NCBI GenBank assembly: GCA_043228905.1
Contig: JBHGNT010000012.1
Location: forward strand, 4,650,001 to 4,714,000
Source of the DNA: Azolla caroliniana
Taxonomy: Eukaryota; Plantae; Polypodiophyta
DNA: 64,000 bases
Direction of reading: 5' to 3'
This document shows, in pieces, positions 41,392-55,420 of this stretch (positions within the stretch are counted from its first letter, which is position 1; each line of letters starts with the position of its first letter). Below the pieces are notes generated by a model. The model saw only the letters and a program-made list of their open reading frames with translations. It had not been told where the DNA came from and did no database searches. Made by a program: the position numbers and the translations under genes.

Positions 41392-42166
41392 CTACTTAGG
41401 CAAAGGGACATCCTGTAAAGCCATTAGAAAACCTAAATATGGACTTGAGGAAATAATCCCCACTTGCCCCAACATCCAAAAATTCCTCATGAGAATGCCT
41501 TTCAATTTCTTCACATAGGCTTTCACCCCAGTTTTACCATCAAACATGAAAGCATTGCACATATTCCAATTGTGCTCCAATCCCCAATATCGTAAAATTT
41601 GGAACAAGATATCTAGCTCTTCATTTGGACCATTTTGAACATACTGAGCAAAAATCCATTGTTGAGACCTCAAATAACAATGTGATAAAACAAGCCAAAT
41701 CTCTAATAAGTACTTCAAAATGATATGCGTTATAGGGCATTTAATTAACCTATCTTATGTGTGTTGTCCTATATTGCAATGGTACATAAGAAACACGTAC
41801 TCTACCCTAGTCTTCGTCTATGTAAGGCCGAACTTAGTGGGATCCCACCAATCAAAACCCTCCATAAATACCTTGCATGAAATGGCTAATGGGAATGTCG
41901 AGGACTAGTCGTTCCTTATGCTCAACGCTCGACCACAACCGAGCTTAGAATCATACACAGAAAACGGGAAGTAAATGCACGACACAAAGGAGAGAAAAGG
42001 TACACAAGATGTTTACGTGGAAAACCCAAACTAAGGGAAAAACCACGGCAGCCCACAGGCTGCAAACTATCACTATGTTGGAATGTACAAACAGTGAGTT
42101 CACGGAGGCAACGACCTCATGCTCACGATCTTCGCCACAGGCGGCGGTTACAACAGAGGCAACGAC

Positions 42167-42229
<63 letters not shown>

Positions 42230-42660
42230 CACTGTTACACACTCTAATCTCGTGCAAAACAGGAATGACAACAACAGTAACTAAAAGTTTGCCCTAAGTC
42301 ATATTTATACTAATATGACTTTTCGGCTATTTACAAATATAGCCACGATGGACTCTCAGAAACATATTTACGAATATGTCTCTTCATCCGGTTCTCACCG
42401 GGTCTGCACCATCCGGCTCTCCGTAGCCGGGTACTCCTCATCCGGATCTCACCGAGTCTGCACCATCCGGTTCTCGCCGGGTCTGCGTCATTCGGCTCTC
42501 CGTAGCCGGGTACTCCTCATCTGGTTTCGGCCTCGGCCGAGTTTGTTCATCGGCACTGTTCTTCTCTCTTCCCATCTGGAGGGACCTGTCTCCCAACAGG
42601 GAATGCCAATCACATTGCAATATTGGCCACCACATACATCCTATACCTTCTCTATTTTAG
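41392..42660 (-). pseudogene. 3' fragment of an L1-type LINE ORF2, interrupted by a solo LTR
   Basis: ORF 41392-41718 has YWG..HNWNMCNAFMFDG, resembling the W.IW..RN..IF motif at the C-terminus of plant L1 ORF2. Left boundary is the stop codon; right boundary is uncertain. Confidence 0.5.
41896..42598 (-). mobile_element. Solo LTR of the A/D/G copia family
   Basis: TG..CA ends, perfect TSD GGGAA (41891-41895 and 42599-42603), clear similarity to the LTR of A (gccctaagtcatatttatac, ggagggacc..cccaaca), no internal domain. Confidence 0.95.
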
Positions 42661-45600
42661 GTGATAGCAAAGATGATGATGCTACTACTTGATGATACAA
42701 TATATTTGTAGTGACATAGGATAAAGCAAGGGAGATATAATATAACAAATGTTGTAGCTCAATTGATAGAGGCTCATGTTCTTAGTGGAGATGAGGGTTC
42801 GAGACCATAGGAGATAAGTTGGATGGATGTTATGATCGGCTTTTATTAGCACCGAAAAGAAGTGCATGCTAAATAAAAACACACCCATTATTTTAATTTG
42901 CAAGAGAGAGCCCCTCAAACTCTATAAAAGGGAGAGGGGAGCTCATTTGGAGGATATTCTTTGCGTTATGGTATAAATGTTGGAATTTTTCCACTTCGAG
43001 AAGGGGACCGATTACATTGCATGTCAATTGTTGAAGGGAGCACAAAATGATTGAGAACACTACACTGACTTCGAGGCACCATTACCAATGGTAGTGGTTG
43101 TAGTCTTGGTAGTTCACTTGACTTGGCCTCACATTTTGGAAGGTGTTGCAATATAGATTTTGTTATTCTTCACTGATTCTCCTCCATCTCCTCTTAAAAC
43201 TTTAGAGGTTTCTGTTGAGAATTGTTGAGAGTCGAACTCAACCTAGTGCAACGTGTGAACACACCCTTTGAGAATTTATTATCACTCAAAGGTCAAGAGT
43301 CATATTACTACTCTCTACACATTAACTATGTGTCATAGAATCATATTCTATGGCACATAACTAATGAGTTCCATATTCCCTATGACTATGAGTCTTTACA
43401 TTCTCCAAGAGAGAGTAGTTGTTGTAGTGAGTTAATGAAGAGAGAGGGTGACCTTATATAAAGCACCATTTGCCTACTTCATATAGTGTAGGTTGTGACT
43501 CCTTGTAATGCCACATTTTGTAATTGGTATTCTCCTTGTGAATATACACCTTCTTGAGTACTTCATTTCTTCTTTTATCTATCTTGTGTTTTCTCTTCTC
43601 TCCTCTCTTTTCTCTCACACACATAACACACATCTCTCCCGCTGCACAAGAATCATATATGATTCTTTACATGATATCAAAATGGTTTGGTAGCTCAATC
43701 TAGCCCATCCGTGTGTGTTGTGCTCTATGTTGATGTTCAAGAAGAACCGGCTCATCGCTATCGTAGTGCGACTACATAGCTCGTGTTTGAGAGAGAAGGA
43801 AAAGAAGAAAGAAAGCTTCATCAACAATGAGTACTCAAATGAGGAGCGCTCTCCCTAGCGAGAAGTTGGATCGAAACAACTTTGCATCTTGGGAGTACAA
43901 GATGCACCAATACCTTGTCGGTCAAGGATATTGGAGCTACATCAAAGGAGCACAAGAAAATCGACCCGACTCGAAAAACGCTGACTACTCAACATGGGAG
44001 CAAGCAGTAATCCAAGTGATGTATTGTTTGGCGACATGTGTTCATGACCACATGCTCGGCTACATTCGAGAAGCCGAGACGCCGAAGGAAGCATGGGAGA
44101 ATCTCAAGAAGATTTTTGCCGCTAACACAACGGCACGAAAGCTTCAACTCCACCAAGAGTTGAACAACATCTAACAAAGGGATATGTCCATCACAAGCTA
44201 CACCTTGAAGATCAAGGAGCTTTGTGATTCGCTTGGCTCAATAAGCGTCAATGTGGATGATGATGAGATGGTGCAAATATGCCTCGGTGGCCTTGCACCA
44301 CTGTTCGGCGCGATGAGGACTGTCGTACTAGCACGGGAGAATCCTCCCTCTTTCTTTGATCTTCAATCCATGTTGTTGGTCGAAGAAAACCATGTTCAAA
44401 CAAGGAACAACGCCTTGGAAGGCCACATGCTCTACACATTCGAATGGAGGAAGAGGACACGAACAAGCAAGAGGTCGATTTGGCCAAGGACGAGGCGGAC
44501 GAGGCCCGACTTACGAAAACAACTCGCAATTTCGGCAACAAGACGGAAGCCATCGAGGAACCTTCGGAAGAAGGTGGAGCTTCCATTCCGGTCCGAGCCA
44601 ACAAACCTCGATCGAATGCGGATATTGCGGCAAAATTGGCTACCACGAAGAAGAGTGCCGAAAGAAGAAGCACAAGTTTGCTTCCACAAGCCGACAACTC
44701 ACCAATTATGCCACCAACTCCGACTATGACGATCGTGATGGAATGTTCGTGATGAGACATAGAGCAAATTCTTTGTCGGCTTCTACTTCGAATAGTGCCT
44801 CTAGTTAGGAAGACGTATGGTTCGTCGACTCTGGTGCCTCGAACCATATGTCGTCTCATCAAGAATGGTTTCGAGAACTTCAAGAGCCGGACCGACCCGG
44901 TTATGTTGAAACCGGAGATGACACTACTCATTCGATTCAGCACATCGACAATGTTCCATTCGGCAAAGAAGGTAACCAAACTTATATTAAGAATGCCTTG
45001 CATGTACCAACCATTATGAAGAATTTGGTCTCTGTTGGCCAAATTGTTGAGCAAGGGATGCAAGTTCGATTTAATCAAGGCGATTGCTTTATCGAGAAAG
45101 AGGGTCGACTCATCGCTCACGAATGAAGAGAGGGCCGAATGTTCATTCTCGACTTGCACGAGATGAAATCGGCCATGTTTGCAAAAGGCACCAAAGCCAA
45201 CACTGACATAGAGTTGTGGCATAAGCGGATTGGCCACATCAACCTCCAAAAGCTCAAGGCAACGCAATCGAAAGGAGTCGTCATCGGATTCCCGACCTTC
45301 AAAGAGAAAGAGATTGAAGGCGTATGTGCAACATGCGAATTCGGCAAGCAACATTGGCACCCGTTTTCGAAGGAGAGGAATGTGAGCAAAGGCATACTCG
45401 ACGTAATTCATTCCGATGTATGGGGACCGGCCCAGACGGCTACATTCGGCGGATGTCGATACTACATGGCCTTCATCGTTGACTTCCCTAGGCACACATG
45501 GATCTACCCTATGCAGCAAAAGAGCGAAGTGTTCAGACACTTCCAAAAATTCAAGAGTGGAGTAAAAAAGGAAACAGGTCGACATGTACGATGTCTTCGG

Positions 45601-47105
45601 TTCGATGGAGGGAAAGAGTACTTCTTTGACGAATTTTTGGCTTTTCTTCGGAAAGAAGGATTTCGATGAAAGTTTTCGTGTCGACATACGCCACCACAGA
45701 ACGGAGTAGCCAAACAAAAGAATTGGGACATCCTCGAAGTAGCACATGCCATGCTTAACGAGAAGCACATGCTGAAATCGTATTGGACAGAAGCTGTCAA
45801 CACAGCCGTCAACCTGATGAACCAATGTACAACATCTAGCATGCATGAGGTTACCCTGCACGAGAAGTTATTCGGAAAGAAGCCGGATCTATCACATGTT
45901 CGGATATCAGCTCCATTGCATACATGCACATCCCCGACGAGAAGCAACAAAAGCTCGACCCGAAGTTGGAGAAATGTATCTTCGTAGGATACTCACTAGA
46001 CCAAAAGGGGTACAAGTGCTATAACCCCTCGACTCAAAAGGTTCGTGTGAGTCGAGATGTAGTCTTCGACGAATCGACATCATGGTACGAACCCGAGTGG
46101 ACTCCTCCCAAATCATTTCTAGTCAACTCGGAATCCGCCGAACAAGAGATAGAAATGGAGATCGACTCGAACACATGTTTGAAGAAATCCAATTACGACA
46201 AGGCTTAGTGGGCCACAAGAGCCCCCGAGCAACCAAAGCACATCTCGGCCTAGTCCGAAAATGGACAAAGGCAAGGCAAAAATGCCAGAATATGAAGGCG
46301 ATCACTTTGACGACAACAAATCGAATCACTCCCTCGATAGTGAGTTCGATGGCTTCGATGTACCTATCATGAGGACACCTGGCGTAAAGAAAGCCATTGC
46401 CACGGCAAACGAAAAACTCCATCGCTCCACCTGTGAGAATAATCATGTTAGTCGATTCGGCTACAACGATTATATGGAATACCACTATGACTTTATGATG
46501 AAGGTGACGACAGTTCGAGAATCAGAAATTTTTTCGGAAGTAGCCAAGGATCCACGATGGGTCGAAGCAGTGAACGAGGAGATGCGGGCACTATGCAAGA
46601 ACGAGACATGGAATCTTGTTCCCCACTCACCGCACAAGAAGGCAATCGGTTGCAGATGGATTTACAAGGTGAAGTATAAACCGCTACAAAGCTCGACTCA
46701 TAGCGAAAGGATACGCACAAACACATGGAGTCAACTATGAAGAGACCTTTGCCCCGGTGGCAACAATGACGATTGTGCGGACCGTAATTGCACTTGCAGC
46801 GGCGAAAGGGTGGCACCTCCATCAAATGCATGTAAAGAACGCCTTTCTTCAAGGCGAATTAGAAGAGGAGGTGTACATGGTACAACCACCCGGCTTCGAA
46901 TCGAACATCCATTCGAAAGCAGTCTGCCGATTGAAGAAGCCACTCTACGACCATAAGCAAGCACCGCGTGCTTCGCATTCGAAGATTACACAATATTTTC
47001 ATCGAATTGGCTTTTGAATGTCAAAATCTTACAACTCCCTCTACGTACGAAACGACTTTGAAATCCTGATTGTCATCATTCTATATGTGGATGATTTGGT
47101 CATTG

Positions 47106-47113
47106 TGTCAAGA

Positions 47114-47178
<65 letters not shown>

Positions 47179-50100
47179 ATAGTGCTAAGACAAAGAAAGA
47201 GAGAGAATTGAAAGGGAAATACTATATTGCAGAGTAAAACAGATTACAAGGAGTAGGCAACAGAGTGCTATAGAATGGCATTGAACCAATTTAGTTTAGG
47301 GATGATTGATAGATTCCTATTTATAAGTAATATAGAGCACTCTAGAATATTCTAGGTCATCCTAGAATGTAGAGTAATCTAGAAGGTTTCTAGAGTATTC
47401 TAGAAGGTTCTAGTGTATAGAACACTCTAGAATATTCTAGGTCATTCTTGAATGTAGAGTAATATAGAATATTCCAATGATATTAGATTATATATTCTAA
47501 AAAATACATATAAGAATATTAATACAATGGTTAAGGATTTGACATGCGTAGAACAAGGTTGTGGGTTCAAATCCTTTTGAGGTATGATGTGAGTGTCATC
47601 ATGATCCACATTGGAGGTGAGCATCTAGTTGACATTAACAAGGTCAAGTTGGCCCGGAATTTAACTTGCAATAAGGTTCCAAAAGGGATACATGAAACAT
47701 CGGATAAAGACGCATGTGCGGAGGGAGGCCAAGACGAAATGCAACATCACTTATCTTACTAGTGATCATGTAAGGGCCAAAACGTTGGTGATCCAATTTA
47801 TTGCAAGGCCTAGTGGTCTTGATGTTATGTTGGAGAAGCCATACATGATCCCCAATGCAGAACGTTTTGGAGGAGTATAGACGATGACAATCCACAAGCC
47901 TCTTGTGTGTAACTTGAGCATCATGCAAATTGTGGAGAATGCTAGAGTGAATTTCTTGGAGGCGACTAAGACGATCCTCAACGGCAGGGTTGGTAGGAAT
48001 GTCTGGATGCACATTCATCATCCATAGAGGATGATAACCCGTATTTGCAAAAAATGGGGAATATCCTATAGAAGAATGGGCTGAGTTGTTGTAGGCAAAT
48101 TCATCCAAGTGCAAAAAATCAACCCAGTCATCTTGTTGATAGTTGATGAAACAACAAAGATATTGCTCCAAAGTCTGGTTGGTACGCTCAGTGTGGCCAT
48201 TAGTCTCAGGATGATAGCCCAAAGAAAGCTTAACCGAAATGCGAAGAAGTTTGAACATGTGCTTCCAAAACTTTGAGATGAATTGTGGACCACGATCACT
48301 AATAATATCATTTGGCAAACCATGATGCCTAAATACCTCTCGCATAACGAGATCGACCACCTCTTGACTAGTAATAGACTTCGTACATGGCAAGAAATGT
48401 GCCACTTTGGTAAGTCAATCAACCATTGTGAGAATTGCATCAAAACCTTTTGAAACTGGGAGATCGGTAATGAAATCCAAGGATATAGACTTCCACGGAT
48501 TTTCCGAAATGGGAAGTGGTTATAGTAAGCCATAGGATCGGTGTCGAGGACTGTTTGATCGACAACACGTATCACAGTTGCGAACATACTCCTCAACAAA
48601 ATGACGAAGGTGAGGCCACCAATAGTGTCGGAAATTAATTCTAGAGTTTTGCGAACTCCAAAATGACCAACCATTGGTGAGTCATGGCAATGTTGTAAAA
48701 CTTGTAGTCGTGGGGGACCATCAGGAACATACAATAGGTTTTGTCGAAATAGAAAACCACCATGCCAATGGAATTGATGATAGTCATTACGAGGGCTTTT
48801 TGACTGTGAGCAGGAAGCATGATCCGGGACAATATGATCCAAAACATCCTTGGCGAATTCATTAGTGGCCATATGATCTCGAATGGAATCAAGAAGAGTG
48901 GAATCTTCAAGAGTTGTTATGGCATTAACTACCATTAATCGTAGGCGATTAGGACCCAAAATGATTTGTTTTTGATGCTTGAATGCAGGTTCCCCTGGAC
49001 GAAGTTCCATATAAGAGCGCCGAGAAAGAGCATTTTCTTTGCCTTGCTGCATCCTAGGGCGATATATGATGACAAAGTCGAAGTGAGTCAAAAATTGCGC
49101 CCATCGGGCTTGTCGCCGACTCAAGACTCGAGCATTTTGGAAATATGTTAGGTTCTTATGATCTTTGTAAACAATGATCTGTTGAGAAGAACCTTCTAGA
49201 AAATGTCACCATTGTTGAAAAGAATCCACAATTGCAAGAAGTTCTTTGTCATGGATCTCGTAGTTGATCTTTGCAGCTTCAAACTTTCGGGAATGAAAGG
49301 CGACAAGGTGTAGTTGTCCATCATTTCCAGTCTGTGACAGGATACTCCCTAGTGGAAAATCGGATGCATCGACTTCAAGGATGAAGCACTTTGTTGGGTC
49401 AACATGTGCTAAGATAGGTGTCGTTGTAAACGCTCGTTTTAAGCTCTCGAATGTCTTGGTTGCATCAGAACTCCATATAAATGACCGATTTTTGTGTGTG
49501 AGTTGAGTGAGTTGAAGCACGACCTTGGAATAATCTTTAATAAATTTTCGATAAAAATTTGCAAACCCGAGAAAGCATTGCACATCACGCATTGAAAGGG
49601 GCGTCTACCACTCTAAAATTGCTTGCACCTTCATGGGGTCCATAGCAATACCATCAAATGATACAACATACCCCAAAAATTCCACTTGATTTTGGCCGAA
49701 ACTACACTTTTCTAACTTTGCGTAGAGACCATATTCTCGGAGTCGACGTAGTACCTGACGAACATGTTCGTCATGCTCCTCTTGGGTCTTCGAGTAGATT
49801 AAAATATTATCTAGGTAAATTATAGTGAAGATATCAAGAAAATCTCAAAAAATTCATTCGCCATATGTAGGAAAACTGCAGGTGCATTCGTGAGACCGAA
49901 TGGCATCATAGTATACTCAAAATGTCCATAGTGAGTGTGAAAAGCAGTCTTCCGTTCATCCCTCGGACGAATCCAGACTAGATTATATGCATCGCGAAGG
50001 TCCAACTTCGTGAAATATTTTGCTCCACTGAGACATTCCAAAAGATTCGGGATTAACGGTAGAGCATATCTATTCCGGATAGTCACTTTGTTTAGCCCTT

Positions 50101-52217
50101 GATAATCCATGACCAACCGAAGAGTCCCATTCTTTTTCTTAACGAAGAAGATAGGTGCACCAACAGGGGATCTAGAATGCCGAATGAATCCGTTTGCCAG
50201 ATTCTCATCGATATATTCCCGCAAAGTCTCTAGCTCTATAGGGGAGAGATTATAAATTGGGCCCCATGGAGGTTCTTTCCCTGGTTGTAAGTCAATAGGG
50301 CAGTCGTATGGCCGATGCTCTGGAAATGTATTGGCCTTCACCTTATCAAAGACGTTGGAGAACTCTTCGTATTTCTCGAGTAGTTTAATGTCTGCTTCAT
50401 GTAAAGTGGATGATGGAGTTGCTACTATTACGAAGACGAACATTGGCCTCATTCCCCCCTTCCTCACGTAATTGTCATAGAGAGATGGTCGATAACTAAG
50501 GGGATCTAGTATCACATGTCAGAGATTTGAGGGATGCACGGTTTGTGCTTTTTTCCTGGGTCTCCTCAATTGTTCTTTTTATCCAATCAATCTTCGGGTT
50601 ATGGAGTTCAAACCAAGGGAGACCTAGAACTATTGGGTGTTCTGGACTGCGAATAATGTTGAAAGAGATTATGCTTGCCAAATCACCAAGAACTATCCGC
50701 ATTGGCTTAGACTCCTCGACTATATCTCCTGATGCTATGGGACGGCCATCAATGACTCCTACGACTATTGGGCTTGGGAGTTTATTCAAGAGGATCTTTT
50801 GTGACAATGCAAATTCATGATCCATGAAACAAGAGTTGGCTCCAGAATCTAGGAGGGCAGAGGCTAGGACTTGATGACATGTAGATGTGATAAGCTTGAC
50901 TTGTGCAGAAAAAACTCTACTCACTTGATTTGATGAAATGGAACGACGACTAGGGACTAACTCTACATAGTTAGGATGGTCCAACCAAATGGCTCCTATT
51001 TTGGCCGGACTTATTCGTTTAACACATCCTCTAATTGGCTCAAGACATCAAATATATTCTCATGGCATGGACTATGAGGCTTACTTATGTTATTAGAAGT
51101 AACAATGGAACTCAAAGTAGAGTTGTCATGTGCACTTACTTGGTATACTTGACGTCTAGGTTTATGTGGACAATTTACGGCTATATGTCCTGGACCGCCA
51201 CAATACAGGAATAAGTGATGCGCTCGACGTCGTTGTTTCTCAGCATCTGATAAAGGCCCACGACGTTGTGTTGACTCTATTTCCATCGGAGTTGGGTCAT
51301 CCCTTTGAATGGGTCGGGAAACTTGTGGAGGTGTTGCGACTACGGAAGTGTAAGTTTGTTCTGGTTGGCGGCATAACATTTGTTGGCGCTCAAAATGTCG
51401 CTCAAATAGGTGATTATCACATTGCACAACTTGACTAATGGCCTTTGTTAGTGACTTCGGATATTCAGGGAAGTAAGAAGAAGATCTTTGACATCATTAC
51501 ACAAACCTTGATGGAATTGATCCATTAAGGCCGCCTCATCCCAAGGGATATCGCATGCTAAGAGATGGAAATCAGCTGTGTAAGCCGACCCGGGATGATC
51601 TCCTTGTCAGAGCCTTCAAATCTTGTTTATCGCTATCCTAGTGCCATCGGTGTCTTCGGAACTAGCTTGAAACTCCTTAACAAATGCCTCGAAATCCTCC
51701 AACAAGGGTGATTCCTTCTCGAGAAGTGGTGCGAACCATGTTAATGTTGTACCGCATAGCAAAGTTACCACTAATCCCACATGAGCAACGTCAGTTGGAT
51801 ACAGATTGGGATGTAGCTGAATAACCAGATGAACTTGATTCAAAAAGCCTCGAAATAAAGACCTCGTACCATCAAACTTGGCAGGGAGGCTAATCTTTGG
51901 TTCTCTAGGGGAGTTTTGAGCCCCTGAAGCTTGTTCTCGTAATGATAATATAGTCGCCTCGAGTTAGTGAACCCGTTGTGATAACTCTTCATACTGTTAA
52001 GCTTTTTTGGTGCTCACTTGCTGTAGGTCCCCAAGTAGCCTTTGATTTTCATGCTCTAATGCCACAAATTTATTCGTGAGCATGTCGAGCTCAGAAAGAA
52101 CATGCATATACTCCTGTTTGCTCACAGACTCCATAACTTACGAAGGGAGAGGAGAAGGAAGAAGAGAACTAGTTAGGGTTTGTGGAAGAGGAAGAAATGA
52201 AAATTGGTTTAAACTGT

Positions 52218-52272
<55 letters not shown>

Positions 52273-52702
52273 ATTGCTAAGACAAAGAAAGAGAGAGAAT
52301 TGAAAGGGAAATACTATATTGCAAAGTAAAATGGATAACAAGGAGTACGCAACAAAGTGCTATAGAATGGCGTTGAACCAATTTAGTTTTGGGATGATTG
52401 ATAGATCCCTATTTCTAAGTAATATAGAGCACTCTAGAATATTCTAGGTCATCCTAGAATGTAGAGTAATCTAGAAGGTTTCTAGAGCATTCTAGAAGGT
52501 TCTAGTGTATAGAACACTCTAGAATATTCTAGGACATTCTTGAATGTAGAGTAATATAGAATATTCCTATGATATTAGATTATATATTCTAAAAACTATA
52601 CATATAAGAATATTAATACAATGGTTAAAGAATTGACATGCGTAGAACAAAATCGTGGGTTCAAATCCTTTTGAGGCATGATGTGAGTGTCATCATGATC
52701 CA
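47106..52702 (-). mobile_element. Ty3/gypsy element I, Tcn1-like chromovirus, degenerate
   Basis: LTRs 47106-47608 and 52215-52702; TSD CATTG/CATTA. gag (PTPMEI, LYCGGPGHIAVNCP), protease LLDSGANSCF, RT (PPWGPIYNLS..ENLANGFIRHSRSP.GAPIFFVKKK), RNase H (DASD..AFHSRKF..NYEIHDKELLAIV), integrase (ISDRGPQF, HPETNGHTER). Confidence 0.92.
47340..47452. promoter_or_regulatory. Heat-shock-element cluster in the U3 of the element I LTR (also at about 52431-52543)
   Basis: aTTCtaGAAggTTCt at 47397-47411 and 52489-52503 is a perfect three-unit nTTCnnGAAnnTTCn, with further GAAnnTTC units nearby, just upstream of the minus-strand TATAAATA (about 47318-47325). Confidence 0.6.
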
Positions 52703-53955
52703 CATTAGAGGTGAGCATCTAGTTGACATTAACAAGGTCAAGTTCCTCCTCTTTAACAAATTCGAGATGACAGACATGAAGGAGCTCCATTACTTCCTTG
52801 GCATCAAGGTAATTCAGACTCCAGACGACATTATGATCTCTCAACAACACTACATCCTCAACTTGTTATACAAGTTCGGGATGACTGAGTGCAAATCTGT
52901 GGCAACCCCTCTCGATCGAAACTTCAGACTAGAGGTTGACTCTGGCACAGACGAGTGCGAGTGGACTCAGTATCGACAACTGATCAGGAGTCTCATCTAT
53001 CTCACGATCACTTGACCCGACCTCAGCTATCCGGTCGGTCTCCTTAGCCAATTCATGCATACTCCACAAGATATCCATTTGGATTGTGCTAAGTGAGGTT
53101 TACGATATGTGAGCGGCACAATGCATTGTGGTATTCTCTACGAATTGGCCACACCAATTCGTCTTGAAGGGTACACAGATGCTGACTGGGCCGGCTACAG
53201 AACCGATTGACGTTCGACCTCCGGATTTGTCTTCTCGCTTGGCAACGGAGCAATATCTTGGAGTAGTAAAAATCAGCTTACCGTCACACTTTTTAGCATG
53301 GAGGCCGAATACAGGGGCGCAAACGTGGCTGCATGTGAAGTTGTATAGCTCAAGAGGATTTTAAAGGATTTGGGCATTCCCATCAAGGATCTAGTTCCCC
53401 TCTACTGCGACAACATGAGCAATATCTATATGGCTTGGAACTTGGTGTTCCACACACGCATAAAGCATATCAAAGTGCACTATCACTTCATTCGAGAACG
53501 CGCTTAGGCCGGAGATGTCGACCATCAACACATCAACATGAATCTTCAGAAAACCGACATCTTCACCAAGGCCCTAGGAGTCGACAAGATTCGACAATTC
53601 ATGTCAGACCTTGGATTGACGACCCTGACTTGCTAAGCTTGAGGGGGAGTACAAGAGAGAACCAGATACCGTTCGAATCGGGTACAAGCCGAAGTGGACA
53701 CCGGAGATCGTCCGAACCAGATACCAACCAAAGTGGACATCAACCAAAAGGAACCGACCTGATTTGAGCTTGAGGGGTCGTGTTGAGAATCAAGCTCAAC
53801 CTAGTGCAACGTGTGAACACACCCTTTGAGAATCTATGATCACTCAAAGGTCAAGAGTCACACCACTACTCTCAACACATTAACTATGTGTCATAGAATC
53901 ATATTCTATGACACATAACTAATGAATTCCATATTCCTTATGACAATGAGTCTTA

Positions 53956-54940
53956 CACCAAGTCATCGAATGGGCAGGAATGCAGAATCGCAAGAATTAG
54001 CGAAGTAAAAATTAAACAGTCAAATGGCAACACAATTGTCCTACACCAAGTTCGGCATGTACCCGCACTGAAAAGCAGTTTGGTCTCCATCGACATGTTA
54101 GCCGAAGATGGGTACCGAATGACTCTCAGAGAGTCAACGTGGATGATCAGCCGTGGAAACCTGAAAATTGGAAATGGACACAAGTACAACAACTTGTATC
54201 CAATGATGGCAATCAATCCAAAAGGGGCCGTGAACGTAGCTGAAAGGACGGACCCGAACCTATGGCATGGTCAGCTAGGCCACATGTCTCAAGTCGGTCT
54301 AGATCGGTTGATGGTGATTGGCTATATCCCGAAACTCCCAGTAAAGACGGACTTCTGTGAGCATTGTTGCTATGGAAAACAGACCTGACGTCCGCAATCT
54401 CTCCATTAGGAAACAATACGACAACCCATAGAGCTCGTGCACACTGATATATGTGGGTTGATGTTTGAGAGATCACTAGGAGGCTCCTAGTACTTCATTA
54501 CATTTGTAGATGATTGTATACGCAAAGTCTAGGCCTATTTGATTAGTTTGAAAGACAAAGCACTCAAGGTCTTCACTCAGTGGATAACTAAAGTGGAGAA
54601 CCGGTCAAGATACAAAGTGAAGACACTCTGATCCAACAATGGAGGAGAATACACCTCCCAAGCCTTCAAACAATACCTGTCTGACAAAGGGATCCGACAT
54701 CAAAAGACCGTTCCATACACACCCATGCAAAATGGAGTGGCAGAACGGATCAACATAACTATCCAGGAGAGGGTGATGGCAATGCTCCAACAAGCTGAAC
54801 TGAAGCTGGAGTTTTGGGCCGAAGCATTGCAGACGACAGTATATCTGATTAATCTGTCGCCGTCAAAAGCAATCAGGCTCGATGCACCACATGCACTATG
54901 GTCAGGCAAACAACCAACCTACGATAGGCTCTGCATCCTT
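53956..54940 (+). pseudogene. Fragment of another copia pol (protease end, GAG-pre-integrase, integrase)
   Basis: Motifs VRHVPALK, LWHGQLGHMS, CEHC..GKQ, QNGVAERIN, FWAEAL.T.VYLIN; fused directly to the truncated LTR of H. Confidence 0.85.
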
Positions 54941-55017
54941 CAAGAACCCCAACATTTTGAGGATGTGTCATCTGTTGAGAGATCAAGCTCAACTAGAGTT
55001 AGTTATTTAGTCAACCA

Positions 55018-55420
55018 TGTAACTTCGTAGTTACCTAGATAGAATCTAGTTAGAAGTGTTAACTAACGCCTTAAATAGGACCTTGTACTTAAGTGGGATA
55101 TTGTAGATCCTCCACTCCTAAGTACATTTAATATAGGACTTACACCATTGTACCTATATTATCCTCACACATGTGCACCCTTGCACATGAAATCTATATA
55201 TACCTCATTGTGGGTATTTTTGTATTTGATGATGATGATGATGATAATGCTAATTTAATATAGTTACTCATCCCCCATATTGTGTTGTTCATAAGTGTAT
55301 CTTCCTCTCTCTCTTCCTCTCACACACATACACACATATCACTTAATCTTCCACATATCAACTAATCACATAATTAGGTACTAATTAACCCTTGCTTAAT
55401 TACTTACGTAATTCTTAACA
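55018..55420 (+). repeat. LTR copy (lacking about 14 bp at its 5' end) of the chromovirus family at 61991-62402, in opposite orientation
   Basis: Aligns along its length with the reverse complement of 61991-62388 and ends TTAACA. Preceded by a short stub (54973-55017) of a B/H-type LTR start. Confidence 0.9.

Larger units (their letters stand above)
43223..53953 (+). mobile_element. Ty1/copia element H (same family as B), degenerate, interrupted by gypsy I; 3' LTR truncated
   Basis: 5' LTR 43223-43671, degenerate PBS TGATATCAAA, gag ATG at 43827. pol runs to 47105 and resumes at 52708. PPT, then 3' LTR from 53781 ending abruptly at about 53953. Confidence 0.92.

Noticed and set aside
42690-43212. 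Possible LTR fragment with a TATA box at about 42922
   Set aside because: No termini, TSD or partner copy could be identified.
44248-45861. 537-aa minus-strand ORF
   Set aside because: Antisense shadow of copia H gag-pol with no recognisable domain. The same applies to the many short ORFs overlapping A, B, D, F and G.
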